64,000 nucleotides of DNA from Parcubacteria group bacterium (GTDB taxonomy: Bacteria; Patescibacteriota; Microgenomatia; UBA1400; PJMF01). The translations under genes were made by a program, and so were the position numbers. Below the pieces are notes generated by a model. It saw only the letters and a program-made list of their open reading frames with translations, did no database searches and was not told the origin of the DNA. Below, in pieces: positions 37,023-46,839 of this stretch. Within the stretch, counting starts at the first letter, position 1, and every line of letters begins with the position of its first letter. The stretch is from positions 21,818-85,817 of the forward strand of contig CALQZX010000001.1 in NCBI GenBank assembly GCA_943350175.1, written 5' to 3'.

Positions 37023-39137
37023 CTAGACATCCTCAATCTCTTTAATTTTGTCTCTAATGATGACAGCTAGTTCAAAATCTTGATCGTTGGCAGCTTTTTT
37101 CATTTGTGTATTTAGTTTTTTAATCAAACCTTGCTTTTCACCTGGAGTCAACTCTTCTGGATTGATAGCCATGAGATTGAGTTGTTCTTTATTGGAGATT
37201 TTAAGAAGAATTCCTTTTCTATTTTCCTTATCTTGCTCGTCTTTGGTTTTGCGTTGCATTAATTTTTCACGAATTGGTTTGTTGATGCCAATTGGAGTAA
37301 TGCCGTTCTGCGAATTAAATTTTTCTTGAGTTTGACGGCGGCGCGTAGTTTCATTAATGGCAAAATCCATTGATTTCGTTATTCTGTCTGCATAAAGAAT
37401 GGCTAGACCTTCGACATGGCGCGCCGCTCTACCCATGGTCTGCACTAGAGAAGTTTTGGAGCGCAGAAAGCCTTCTTTATCAGCGTCAAGGATGGCAACT
37501 AAGCTAACTTCAGGTAGATCGAGACCTTCACGCAGCAAGTTAATGCCAACAAGAACATCATATTTACCATTACGGAGATCATCCAAAATGTCGCTACGAT
37601 CCAGAGTTTCCACATCTGAATGCAGATAAGCAACTGATGGATAACTCACTTCCTCTTTACTGAGAAATTTTTTGGCCAATTTCTCAATTTTTTCGCGATC
37701 ATTTAGATAGTCGCTCAGCGCCTCGGCCATTTTTTTGGTCAGTGTGGTGACCAAAACTCTTTGGCCGAGTTTTTTTCTTTTGATAATTTCTAGAGTAAGA
37801 TCTTCTACTTGGTTGCCGGTTGGACGAATTTCAATTTTTGGATCAAGTAGTCCAGTTGGACGAATTAGCTGCTCGACGACTCTATTTTTGCTTCTCTCCA
37901 ATTCCCATTCATTCGGAGTAGCGCTGACATATATAGATTGTTGCTTTCTTTGTAAAAACTCATGAAGTTGCAGTGGTCTGTTATCGATGGCACTTGGCAA
38001 ACGGAAACCATAATTGATCAAAGTTTCTTTGCGGGAGCGATCGCCAAAATACATACCTTTTATTTGAGGCAAACTGATGTGACTTTCATCAATGATGGTC
38101 AAAAATGAGTCGGCGCCGAATTTTTCTTGGTTATATTTGAAGTAGTCAAGCAAAGTATAAGGAGCTTCGCCTTCTTGGCGGCCATCGAAATAACGTGAAT
38201 AGTTTTCAATGCCATTAGTTGAGCCGAACTCTTCAATCATTTCCAGATCGTAATTAACTTTGTGTTCTAGACGATAGGCTTCAACGCTTTTGCCGGCCTT
38301 TTTGAGCTCTTCTACTCTCTCTGCCATGTCTTTGCGAATAGTGAGAATAGTATCTTTTTGACTTTTGGTTTCTACTACATAGTGTTTGGCTGGATAGATC
38401 AGGGCCATTTTATTCTTGTAGAATTTATTTTTTTCTTTTTCAACAACGGCACCTGAAACAGGATCAATATCTTTAATACTGATGATTTTATCTTCCAGAG
38501 TTTCAATACGAATCGCAGTATCCTGATAAGCTGGCCAGAGCTGTATAACATCGCCGCGCAGACGGTAGCTGCCGCGAAGCAGATCGGTATTACTTCTTTC
38601 GTACTGCAGATTACTAAGTTGTAGTAATAAGCTTTCGCGTTTAATTAGTTCACCCTCGACGATTTCTAGAACGAAACGGCTGTAATCAACCGGAGAACCG
38701 AGTGAATAGATACAGGAAACTGAGGCAACGATAATAACATCTTGGCGAGTCATCAGATGAGTGGTGGCGGCCAAACGCAACTTATCAATTTCTTCATTAA
38801 TAGTGGCTTCTTTTTCAATATAAGTGTCACTGCTTGGCAAATATGCTTCTGGCTGATAGTAATCGTAGTAAGAAACGAAGTAAGAAACAGCGTTTTCTGG
38901 AAAGAAATCGCGTAATTCTTGATAAAGTTGAGCGGCTAGGGTTTTGTTGTGAGCAATGACTAAAGTTGGTTTTTGAGTTCTTTCAATGACATTGGCGATA
39001 GTGAACGTTTTTCCAGAGCCGGTCACACCAAGCAAAACCTGATCTTCGACTTTTTCATTCAAGCCACTCACCAAAGCCTCAATGGCTTGAGGTTGGTCTC
39101 CGGTTGGCTGGTATTCTGAATGGAGTTTAAATTGCAT
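37023..39137 (-). CDS. uvrB: Excinuclease ABC subunit B
   Basis: Helicase motifs (GVTGSGKTFT; DESH), beta-hairpin region, C-terminal UVR domain (ELAVIIRDKIKEIE). Confidence 0.92.
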   Translation of the reverse strand: MQFKLHSEYQPTGDQPQAIEALVSGLNEKVEDQVLLGVTGSGKTFTIANVIERTQKPTLVIAHNKTLAAQLYQELRDFFPENAVSYFVSYYDYYQPEAYLPSSDTYIEKEATINEEIDKLRLAATTHLMTRQDVIIVASVSCIYSLGSPVDYSRFVLEIVEGELIKRESLLLQLSNLQYERSNTDLLRGSYRLRGDVIQLWPAYQDTAIRIETLEDKIISIKDIDPVSGAVVEKEKNKFYKNKMALIYPAKHYVVETKSQKDTILTIRKDMAERVEELKKAGKSVEAYRLEHKVNYDLEMIEEFGSTNGIENYSRYFDGRQEGEAPYTLLDYFKYNQEKFGADSFLTIIDESHISLPQIKGMYFGDRSRKETLINYGFRLPSAIDNRPLQLHEFLQRKQQSIYVSATPNEWELERSKNRVVEQLIRPTGLLDPKIEIRPTGNQVEDLTLEIIKRKKLGQRVLVTTLTKKMAEALSDYLNDREKIEKLAKKFLSKEEVSYPSVAYLHSDVETLDRSDILDDLRNGKYDVLVGINLLREGLDLPEVSLVAILDADKEGFLRSKTSLVQTMGRAARHVEGLAILYADRITKSMDFAINETTRRRQTQEKFNSQNGITPIGINKPIREKLMQRKTKDEQDKENRKGILLKISNKEQLNLMAINPEELTPGEKQGLIKKLNTQMKKAANDQDFELAVIIRDKIKEIEDV

Positions 39138-39257
39138 TTTGATGTTTTTAGTCTTTTTTGGACTACTTATTATACCTTGTTTTTACTCCTGTGCGCCCTA
39201 TATACACAAAGCCTGGACTTTTGGTCAAGATTTACATATAATTCGCGGTAGTTTCAA

Positions 39258-39331
39258 GTGCTGGTAGCTCAGCTGGATAGAGCAACTGCCTTCTAAGCAG
39301 TAGGTCGTGGGTCCGAGTCCCACCCAGCATA
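39258..39331 (+). tRNA. tRNA-Arg (anticodon TCT)
   Basis: GTGCTGGTAGCTCAGCTGGATAGAGCAACTGCCTTCTAAGCAGTAGGTCGTGGGTCCGAGTCCCACCCAGCATA; anticodon loop CTTCTAA. Confidence 0.8.
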
Positions 39332-39383
39332 CTTTTGATTGGAATGCCTGAGTCGATTCGATTGATGGGCAATTAAAAAAAAT

Positions 39384-39460
39384 GGTGGCCATAGCTCAGT
39401 TGGTTTAGAGCGCTGCTCTGTGAAAGCAGAGGTCGCGGGTCCGAGTCCCGTTGGCCACCC
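39384..39460 (+). tRNA. tRNA-His (anticodon GTG) with extra 5' G(-1)
   Basis: GGTGGCCATAGCTCAGTTGGTTTAGAGCGCTGCTCTGTGAAAGCAGAGGTCGCGGGTCCGAGTCCCGTTGGCCACCC; very similar to E. coli tRNA-His. Confidence 0.8.
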
Positions 39461-39494
39461 AAAAAGATTGATTTATCGATTAAAATAAGATTTT

Positions 39495-39890
39495 ATGGCA
39501 AGAATGGAAACTGCAGAAGAGATTAGTTCTAAGTTAGCTAAAGAAGCAGAGATTGCTGTAGCCACTGCAAATCAAAGAGCTTCTGATATTGAAAGAGAAG
39601 CTATATCTAAAAACCCAAGAGCTAATGAAGTTGGTCGTTACTATGCACAAATTCATAAACTTGTTTATAGTCTTTTAGCTCCAGATCCAAGGCATTTGGC
39701 CGTGATTTATGGAAAAGAATATACACCAACAGCAGAAGAAGTTGCGAAATATGAAAGAAACTACGTCGCTAATTTAGAAGCGGCTGTTGCTGAAGCTTTT
39801 CGCAGAATTCCTCCTCCAAATGATCTCGTAAATGAAGCACGCGTTGTAGAACTCCTGTTAGATGGAAATCATAGAATTATTGCTGAATAG
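39495..39890 (+). CDS. Hypothetical protein
   Basis: 131-aa ORF immediately downstream of the tRNA pair. No motif recognised. Confidence 0.3.
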   Translation: MARMETAEEISSKLAKEAEIAVATANQRASDIEREAISKNPRANEVGRYYAQIHKLVYSLLAPDPRHLAVIYGKEYTPTAEEVAKYERNYVANLEAAVAEAFRRIPPPNDLVNEARVVELLLDGNHRIIAE

Positions 39891-40344
39891 TTTTTATATG
39901 TCAGAAAATAAAAATTCTCATGAAGATGCAGAAAGAAGTCGGCTTGAACATTGGGCTAGGGAAAATAGACCATTTCATGAGGAAAAACAAAAGAATGTGA
40001 CTAGTTCGTTGAGAAATTGGTTCGCTTTTGACACCGGCGACGGAGTGATCACTCATGGTGTAAATACTTGCGTTGCCATTGTTGGAACAGAACCTGGTTT
40101 TATCGGTCACATTGCTGCTGATCGTAAGATTCCTGATGCAGAATTTCGTAGTGTTGTATTTGAGCTAATTAAATCAGGTGTTAAGACAGTTTATATTTTT
40201 GGTATGAATGATGACTTGTTTGCTGACGTCCATGATTATTTGAAAAAAAATGGCTTCATCATTGAAAGTCATCGTAATTATGATCAAAGTTCATCTTTCA
40301 CGGTTCAAGTCAAAAATGGCAAAATTAATTATTTTAATAAATAA
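39862..40344 (+). CDS. Hypothetical protein
   Basis: 160-aa ORF (probable start MSENKNSHE at about 39898). No motif recognised. Confidence 0.3.
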   Translation: MEIIELLLNSFYMSENKNSHEDAERSRLEHWARENRPFHEEKQKNVTSSLRNWFAFDTGDGVITHGVNTCVAIVGTEPGFIGHIAADRKIPDAEFRSVVFELIKSGVKTVYIFGMNDDLFADVHDYLKKNGFIIESHRNYDQSSSFTVQVKNGKINYFNK

Positions 40345-40356
40345 GATCCTGTTTAT

Positions 40357-41004
40357 ATGAAAAAATCCTACGATTATATTTTTTTTGATTGGGATGGTTG
40401 TTTAGCTAGAACATTAGATGTCATTCTTGAAATTTACCGCGATCTTTTTATAGACTTTGGTTTGCCAAAAACAGATCGAGAATTAATTTCAATCTGGGGT
40501 GATTGGCGCGGCCCACTTAAGCTTGGTATTTCTGAGGAAAATTTACCCAAATGGATAGAAAAATATAAGTTTAAGCTTAATCTAAAATCCCCTCAAGTTG
40601 ATATGTATGAGGGCGTGCGAGAAATGCTTTCACAGCTCAAAGAAAGTGGTAAAAAGCTAGCTTTGTTGTCAAGTTCAGAAAGATTTTCAATTGAGCCGGC
40701 ACTCGAGCGCAATAATTTAAGAGAGTTTTTTGAAGTTTTTCTTTATGCTGGCGATATAAAGGAACATAAGCCTGCTCCGGAAATTATTGAGAAAGCCCTG
40801 TCTTTAATTGGCGGGAACAAAGAAAAAGCCATTATCATCGGAGATTCCAAAAGTGATGTTGGTGCAGCTCATAATGCCGGCATTAACTGCATTCTTTTTT
40901 ATCCACAACATAACGAGCAATTCTATGACAGGGAATCACTAACTAAATTGAATCCAACCTACATTGTTGGTGATTTTAGTGAAGTTTTTAAAATTGTTGA
41001 GTAG
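40357..41004 (+). CDS. HAD-IA family hydrolase (phosphatase / beta-phosphoglucomutase-like)
   Basis: YIFFDWDGCLARTLD (motif I DxDG), LLSSSER (motif II), K...GDSKSDVGAAHNAG (motifs III/IV). Confidence 0.6.
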   Translation: MKKSYDYIFFDWDGCLARTLDVILEIYRDLFIDFGLPKTDRELISIWGDWRGPLKLGISEENLPKWIEKYKFKLNLKSPQVDMYEGVREMLSQLKESGKKLALLSSSERFSIEPALERNNLREFFEVFLYAGDIKEHKPAPEIIEKALSLIGGNKEKAIIIGDSKSDVGAAHNAGINCILFYPQHNEQFYDRESLTKLNPTYIVGDFSEVFKIVE

Positions 41005-41049
41005 CTGAGCAGAACAAGCTAATTTTACAGCAAATTTGACTGCTCTTCC

Positions 41050-42183
41050 TTAAAAAACTTTTAATTCTAGCAAAATATAATTTAGCAAATCTTTGCCTTT
41101 TTTGCTTAATTTTATTGAGTAATTATCTTGTTCAATCAGATTTTCCGTAACCAGCTTTTTTAGCTCAGCTCTTCTCTCTTTTTCCAGATCAAAAGCTAGT
41201 TTTTCCAGCAAATCATTTAAATTTAGCCCAGCATTGGTGCGCAGTGCCAGAGAAATATAGCCGGCAATCTGCTCTTCTCTGCTAAGTGTTTCTAGCTGAT
41301 CAGCGATCAGTTCTCCTTCATTAATTTTTTTGGTGTAAGCTTTGATGCTTTTTTTATTTTGCCAAGTTTTGTCTCCCATTCGCGACTCAGCGCCTGTGCC
41401 AATTCCCAAGTAATCTCTGTAGTGCCAAAAATCTGAGTTATGCTGACATTTAAATGAACCGCCGCGAGAAAAATTAGAAATTTCATATTGCTTGTAATCA
41501 GCTTTCTCCAACTCTTCACAGGCCATGGCGTACATTTCGCGATCTAGCTCATCAGTGCTGGCTTTAATTTTGCCACTGCGCAGATGATTGCCAAAAATTG
41601 AATTGTTATCCCATTCCAAACTGTAACAAGAAATATGCTCAGGTTGCAGTTTAATAACTTCGATTAGGCTTTCTAACCATTGTTTTTTATTTTGGTTTGG
41701 TAGGGCAAACATCAGATCCAAGCTAATGTTTTTAAAGCCAGCTTCTCTGGCTAATTTGTAGGATTTTTGAACGGTTTCTATCTGGTAGGTGCGGCCAATG
41801 AGTTCTAGTAAATCATTCTGCCAAGCCTGCACTCCCATACTCAGGCGATTAATGCCGATTTTCAGATAGCCTTTTAGCTTTTCTTTATCAATGGAATCTG
41901 GGTTGCTTTCAATACTAATTTCTGCACCGCTTTTTATCTGAAATGATTTTCGAATCGACTCAAAAACTTTGGTTAAATTTTCAAGATCAACTACCGAAGG
42001 AGTGCCTCCACCCAGGTAAATTGTTTCGATTGTTGGGTGACCTAATTTTTGGCCATAGAGCAAGATTTCTTTGGCCATGGTGTCGCAGTATTCGCCAATC
42101 AAATGCTCTTGGTTGTTGAGGGTGAAAAAATCACAATAAAAGCATCTCTGTTGGCAAAATGGAAAATGCAAGTAAAGATTCAT
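41050..42183 (-). CDS. hemW: Radical SAM heme chaperone HemW / oxygen-independent coproporphyrinogen-III oxidase-like protein
   Basis: N-terminal LYLHFPFCQQRCFYCDF radical-SAM CxxxCxxC cluster; HemN-like length and C-terminal HemN_C-type region. Confidence 0.7.
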   Translation of the reverse strand: MNLYLHFPFCQQRCFYCDFFTLNNQEHLIGEYCDTMAKEILLYGQKLGHPTIETIYLGGGTPSVVDLENLTKVFESIRKSFQIKSGAEISIESNPDSIDKEKLKGYLKIGINRLSMGVQAWQNDLLELIGRTYQIETVQKSYKLAREAGFKNISLDLMFALPNQNKKQWLESLIEVIKLQPEHISCYSLEWDNNSIFGNHLRSGKIKASTDELDREMYAMACEELEKADYKQYEISNFSRGGSFKCQHNSDFWHYRDYLGIGTGAESRMGDKTWQNKKSIKAYTKKINEGELIADQLETLSREEQIAGYISLALRTNAGLNLNDLLEKLAFDLEKERRAELKKLVTENLIEQDNYSIKLSKKGKDLLNYILLELKVF

Positions 42184-42273
42184 ATTTAATGACTGCGGAT
42201 AGTCTAGTATTATATCTCCTCAATCTTCAAATGCTTCTTTACAATGCTTTTCTCTTTAAAGTATGCTTAAGCC

Positions 42274-43095
42274 ATGTCAGAATTGCCAGGATTTAGTCCT
42301 TCTGGTGCTGCAAATCAAGCGGTTGGACCTGCTGTCTCAAATGAGAAGATAGTAAAGCTCCCTTCAGAAAAAGAAGACAATAAAAACAAAACCTACAAGA
42401 TTGCGGGCATTATTTTGGCAGTTCTAATTATTGGAGTCATTGCGACTTTAATTTTTTTCGAGAATAGCCAAGATACTAGAAAATCAGCAGCTGCTTGTGT
42501 TGAACAGTGTCCAGCTAGTGGCGGAAAGCTTTTACGTGATTGTAGTTCTCCAGAATCTCCAGGAAATTCATCCGACAGTCTTTGCAATGCTGTTGGCAGA
42601 ATAGAATCATGTGGAGGGGTAAATTTTTGCTGTCCAAAAGTTGGAGGTGTATGGACTAAAACTATGACTGCCTGTGCAATTGCTACACCAACAGCTACTC
42701 CTTCTGCATCTTTGAGCCCTTCAGTGACAGCCACTCCTTCTGCCACAATTACCCTTTCGCCAACAGCCACTCCTTCTGCCACAATTACCCTTTCGCCAAC
42801 AGCCACGGTTTCTCCAGTGGCAACCTCGACTCCTGCTCCGACCAACTGCAATAATGATTTGGATTGTGATGGGATTCCAAATGTGGAAGATCCTGATGAT
42901 GATAACGATGGAACTCTTGATGTAAACGAATCTACTCCTACTCCAACTAAAACTCCAACGCCAACCAAAACTCCTACCCCGACTATCTCAAGTAATACCC
43001 TGCCTGCATCTGGGTCAGTGGAAACAACCTTTGTGCTGATGATTGCCTCACTTTTTTCGATAACTCTCGGAGTGGCGATTAAATATAAAAATTAA
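42274..43095 (+). CDS. Surface protein with Cys-rich module shared with the 740-aa dockerin protein, TSP3-like Ca-binding motif and C-terminal anchor
   Basis: N-terminal TM; CVEQCPASGGKLLRDCSSPESPGNSSDSLCNAVGRIESCGGVNFCCPKVGGVWTKTMTACAIAT parallels CKEQCPGTDGVLRSCNPPEANGSAQESLCNLAGRVEACGDVTYCCPKAGGTWTSNMSACQIAT in 33989..36211. DCDGIPNVEDPDDDNDGTLD; C-terminal LPASG + hydrophobic helix + KYKN. Confidence 0.5.
   Translation: MSELPGFSPSGAANQAVGPAVSNEKIVKLPSEKEDNKNKTYKIAGIILAVLIIGVIATLIFFENSQDTRKSAAACVEQCPASGGKLLRDCSSPESPGNSSDSLCNAVGRIESCGGVNFCCPKVGGVWTKTMTACAIATPTATPSASLSPSVTATPSATITLSPTATPSATITLSPTATVSPVATSTPAPTNCNNDLDCDGIPNVEDPDDDNDGTLDVNESTPTPTKTPTPTKTPTPTISSNTLPASGSVETTFVLMIASLFSITLGVAIKYKN
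42728..42799 (+). repeat. Perfect 36-bp tandem duplication (x2) inside the surface-protein gene
   Basis: cagccactccttctgccacaattaccctttcgccaa occurs twice back-to-back (encodes ATPSATITLSPT x2). A third diverged unit follows. Confidence 0.85.
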
Positions 43096-44351
43096 TCTTT
43101 TTTGAATAGTTCTTTTGCTTTGACGCTGCGATCAATGATTGATCCTGGCATGGCGTTGGCTTTTTCGCCAATGGTGATGCCTGGCAAAATAGAACAATTG
43201 ATGCCAAGGAAAACACCTTTGGCCATAATAGCGCCAAGCTTTTCCTTACCTGTTTCGATTAATTGATCTTTTTCGCCATCTTTTGAAGATAGGCGCATTT
43301 TGACTTTGCTGCCGTCAAAACGCAGATTGGCAGTGCAGGTTCCGTAGCTTGGATTAACTTCTGCTTCGAGTACGCTATCGCCAATGAAGTTGTGGTGAAG
43401 ACTACAGTCTGGACCAACGTAACTGCGAGCTATTTCTGAGCCGAAACCAATGATGCAATCAGATTCAATGATCGAATCTCTAACTAGACAATGATTTCCA
43501 ATAATGGTGCTAGCACCGATGTAAGCTGGTCCCTTAATAACTGCTCCGGCTAAAATTTTTGCCCCCGCTTCAATTTGAACTAAGCCTTCAATTTTGACAC
43601 TTCTATCTATTTTGGCTGTTCTATCGATTTTATTTTTGATTTTATGTTTTAGGAATAGTTGCGTCATGTCTAAAACATGATGAGCTTGTTTGAGTTTCTG
43701 CCAATAGCCTTCATAAACCATAAAGCTTACTTGATTTTTTTGAATCAATTCATCAAGGGCTTTTTCATAAGCATCGTCTTCGCCATTTTGTCCAGCTATG
43801 AGCTCAAAAATTTCTCCAGGTTTGGAGAAATAATGGAAAAATAAATTGGCTATATTGCTTGGCTCTTCGCCCTTTTTTGGTTTTTCTATAATTCCTAGTA
43901 ATTTTTCACCATCTACTTTTAGGTAGCCGCCTAGAAAATATTCATTAACTTTCATACCAAGAATCGCAGCATAACTGCCAATAGCTTTTTTGACAAAACC
44001 CCGGAGTGCTAGCGGATCAATTAGATCAACTGCATTCATAATAATAATTGATTGATCGTCTTTAACGATCTTGGAAACTAGATTTAGTGCATTTGCTTGA
44101 CCAAGGGCTTCATCTTGGACAATGGTTTTAATCTTTAGCTTTTTATTACTCAGATTCTGAATAATTTGTTCATTTTCGCTATTACAAACAACAATCGCTT
44201 CTCTAGCTCCTGCAGCCTCGATCATTTCTAAAGTGTGAGCGATGAATGGTTTGCCTAAAAAAGGAAAAAGAGTTTTACTGGTAACTAGAGGAGCAAAATT
44301 TTTACCTATTCCTCCTGCTAGAACAACGAAAATTGGATTTTTCATGGTCAT
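43092..44351 (-). CDS. Sugar-phosphate nucleotidyltransferase with C-terminal left-handed beta-helix (GlmU/GMPP-like)
   Basis: FVVLAGGIGKNFAPL nucleotidyltransferase G-rich loop; C-terminal hexapeptide repeats (IGNHCLVRDSIIESDCIIGFGSEI...). Confidence 0.6.
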   Translation of the reverse strand: MTMKNPIFVVLAGGIGKNFAPLVTSKTLFPFLGKPFIAHTLEMIEAAGAREAIVVCNSENEQIIQNLSNKKLKIKTIVQDEALGQANALNLVSKIVKDDQSIIIMNAVDLIDPLALRGFVKKAIGSYAAILGMKVNEYFLGGYLKVDGEKLLGIIEKPKKGEEPSNIANLFFHYFSKPGEIFELIAGQNGEDDAYEKALDELIQKNQVSFMVYEGYWQKLKQAHHVLDMTQLFLKHKIKNKIDRTAKIDRSVKIEGLVQIEAGAKILAGAVIKGPAYIGASTIIGNHCLVRDSIIESDCIIGFGSEIARSYVGPDCSLHHNFIGDSVLEAEVNPSYGTCTANLRFDGSKVKMRLSSKDGEKDQLIETGKEKLGAIMAKGVFLGINCSILPGITIGEKANAMPGSIIDRSVKAKELFKKD

Positions 44352-44386
44352 ATATTTCCATTATAGCTATAATAATTAGCAAATTA

Positions 44387-45019
44387 CTAGCCAAGATGCG
44401 AATAGTCATTGATGCAAACAATTTGCCATTTTTGTTTTTCGCTGTCGTATGTAGCTTCACTAATGCCAGTGTTGGTTAGATCGAAATTATCATAGATGTC
44501 ATACAAATTCTGTAAATCACCATTGGGATTGAGAATCTTGGTAAAAATCATTCTCAGAATCAGGGCGTGGCAAACCACAACTAAATTTTCTTCTGGTCTT
44601 TGCTTTAAAAAATCAAGAGCATCTTCTGCTCTCTGTGCAAATTCTTTGGCATTTTCTTCATTACTATATCTCCATGTTCCATCTTGATCTAAGATGTGAG
44701 TATGGAGTTCGCCTCTGATTTGTTTTGATTGCTCACTTAATTGAGAAATGCCAATTAATTCACTCGGTCCTCTTCTTTCGGCAAAAAGCTCGTTAGTTTC
44801 AACTTCTAAATTATTTCGATCAGCAATGGCCTGGGCGGTTTGTTTGGCTCTTAAATAAGTGCTGGCGATAATTTTTGAGACTTGGATCTTAGAAAAACGC
44901 AGGGCAACTATTTTAGCCTGGGATTGTCCAACCTCTGAAAGTGGGGTATCTTTGGACTGATGGGTTCTTGCAGCGTTGCCTTCGCTTTCACCGTGGCGAA
45001 CAAAATAGATCTTATTCAT
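44387..45019 (-). CDS. Histidine phosphatase family protein (phosphoglycerate mutase-like)
   Basis: IYFVRHGESEGN RHG catalytic motif; about 210 aa. Confidence 0.65.
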   Translation of the reverse strand: MNKIYFVRHGESEGNAARTHQSKDTPLSEVGQSQAKIVALRFSKIQVSKIIASTYLRAKQTAQAIADRNNLEVETNELFAERRGPSELIGISQLSEQSKQIRGELHTHILDQDGTWRYSNEENAKEFAQRAEDALDFLKQRPEENLVVVCHALILRMIFTKILNPNGDLQNLYDIYDNFDLTNTGISEATYDSEKQKWQIVCINDYSHLG

Positions 45020-45111
45020 AATACTCTTGATTATAACTCACTGTTGTTGGATAATAAAATCTTCGAATTGGAATTATTTAAAAGAAATTTAAAAGAAAAA
45101 GGGAAAGAATT

Positions 45112-46515
45112 ATGCAAAAATTAACCAAAATCGTCGCCACGCTAGGTCCAGCCACAGAAACCGCAGAAGTTATGGAAGCTTTGATTAATGCTGGTATGAA
45201 CGTTGCTCGTTTTAATACCAAACATGGCACACCTGAATGGCATTTAGAGCGTATTCATCGCGTAAAAGCAGTTGCTAAGAAATTAGGAAAGTCTGTTGGT
45301 GTTTTGTTAGATTTGCAGGGTCCAGAAATTCGTATCAATACCAAAGATGGTGTTGCTTTTGAGCTCAAAGTTGGCGAACAGGCTAAATTCGTTTCTACAC
45401 CTCCAGGTGAAAGAGAAATGAACATTCCAGCTAATGTGATCGAAGCTCTACAAATTGGCGATACAGTTTCTACTGATGATGGTGCTTGTGAATATAAAGT
45501 TGTCAAAAAAGATGAAACCAGTGCTACTGTCGAATCTCCAACTGATGTCACTGTTAAACATCGTAAAACCATGAATACCCCAGGTATTTCTATCGACATG
45601 CCTTCTTTGATTGAAAACGACTTAATTCAATTGGACAATATGACTGATGCCGACATTGATTTTGTTGGTTTGTCTTTTGTCCGCGACACCAAAGATATCG
45701 CTATTTTAAGAGAAGAACTCAAGAAAAGAGGTCTCCACACTGATGTCGTTGCTAAGATTGAAAATCAATCTTCAATCGATAACTTAGATGAAATCATCGA
45801 GGCTTCTGACGCAGTCATGGTTGCTCGTGGTGATTTGGCTGTTGAAGTGCCTTTTGAACGCTTGGCTTATTACCAAAAAATGATCATTGAGAAATGTCGT
45901 ACTGCTGGCAAACCAGTTATTACTGCTACTCAAATGTTGAAGAGTATGACCTTTGAACCTCGTCCAACCAGAGCTGAGGTCAGTGATGTTGCCAATGCTA
46001 TCTATGATGGTACTGATGCTGTTATGCTTTCTGAAGAAACCACCATTGGTAAGTATCCTGTTCAATGTATTGAAACTCAGGCTAAAATTGCTGCTTTCAA
46101 TGAACCTTTAACCGAGAATTCTCTTTGGGATTTTGATGATTTAGGCGACACTTCGGCTATTACTTACGCTGCTTCCTCTCTACTCGATTTTAGTCAAGAA
46201 GAAATCGATTTGATAGTCTGCTTTAGTGCCAGTGGTGCTACTGCTCGTCAACTTTCTCGCTTTAGACCAAATGTCAAAATTAAGGCTGTAACCTGCGATA
46301 GCTCTGCCTACAACAAATTAGCAGTGGTTTATGGTGTTGAGCCAGTTTTAGTTGATGAATCAGTCTTTAAATATTCAAGTGAAGCAGACATTATTGACAA
46401 CCTTAAAGCTAGTAAGATCGTTGAAGTTGGCCAAAAAGTTCTAATCACCATAGGTCTTAGTGAAAAGATTGCTGGTCGTAAAACTGATAGCTTAATGTTA
46501 GTAGACATTAAATAG
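45112..46515 (+). CDS. pyk: Pyruvate kinase
   Basis: TKIVATLGPAT, MNVARFNTKHG, K+-binding and catalytic segments MVARGDLAVE, C-terminal regulatory domain; 467 aa. SD-like GGGAAAGAA upstream. Confidence 0.88.
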   Translation: MQKLTKIVATLGPATETAEVMEALINAGMNVARFNTKHGTPEWHLERIHRVKAVAKKLGKSVGVLLDLQGPEIRINTKDGVAFELKVGEQAKFVSTPPGEREMNIPANVIEALQIGDTVSTDDGACEYKVVKKDETSATVESPTDVTVKHRKTMNTPGISIDMPSLIENDLIQLDNMTDADIDFVGLSFVRDTKDIAILREELKKRGLHTDVVAKIENQSSIDNLDEIIEASDAVMVARGDLAVEVPFERLAYYQKMIIEKCRTAGKPVITATQMLKSMTFEPRPTRAEVSDVANAIYDGTDAVMLSEETTIGKYPVQCIETQAKIAAFNEPLTENSLWDFDDLGDTSAITYAASSLLDFSQEEIDLIVCFSASGATARQLSRFRPNVKIKAVTCDSSAYNKLAVVYGVEPVLVDESVFKYSSEADIIDNLKASKIVEVGQKVLITIGLSEKIAGRKTDSLMLVDIK

Positions 46516-46569
46516 ACTCGTCTTAGACCTAAACTATCTTTTTGTTTAGTTTTTTGCTATTCTTGAAGC

Positions 46570-46824
46570 ATGTCCAATAAAAAAGCTGGTCTTTTTCCAA
46601 TGTTAGTAGGTGTAGTTGCTGGTGCAGCAGCTGTCTTTTTCTCTGATAAGAAAAATCAAGAAAAAGCCAAGAAAGCTCTTGTCAAAGGCAAGGCCTCACT
46701 CAAGAAGCTTTCTGCTGAAGTCAAGAAAAATCCAGAGGCTTTCGCCAAGAAAATGGTCAAAAGAGTCTCTTCAGAGGTTAAGAAAATTGATAAAAAGATT
46801 GTTGCTAAGTCAAAAAAATCCTAA
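46570..46824 (+). CDS. Small Lys-rich membrane-anchored hypothetical protein
   Basis: 84 aa; one N-terminal hydrophobic helix then a KKxxK-rich tail. Confidence 0.25.
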   Translation: MSNKKAGLFPMLVGVVAGAAAVFFSDKKNQEKAKKALVKGKASLKKLSAEVKKNPEAFAKKMVKRVSSEVKKIDKKIVAKSKKS

Positions 46825-46839
46825 GCTTTTTTTGTAATT

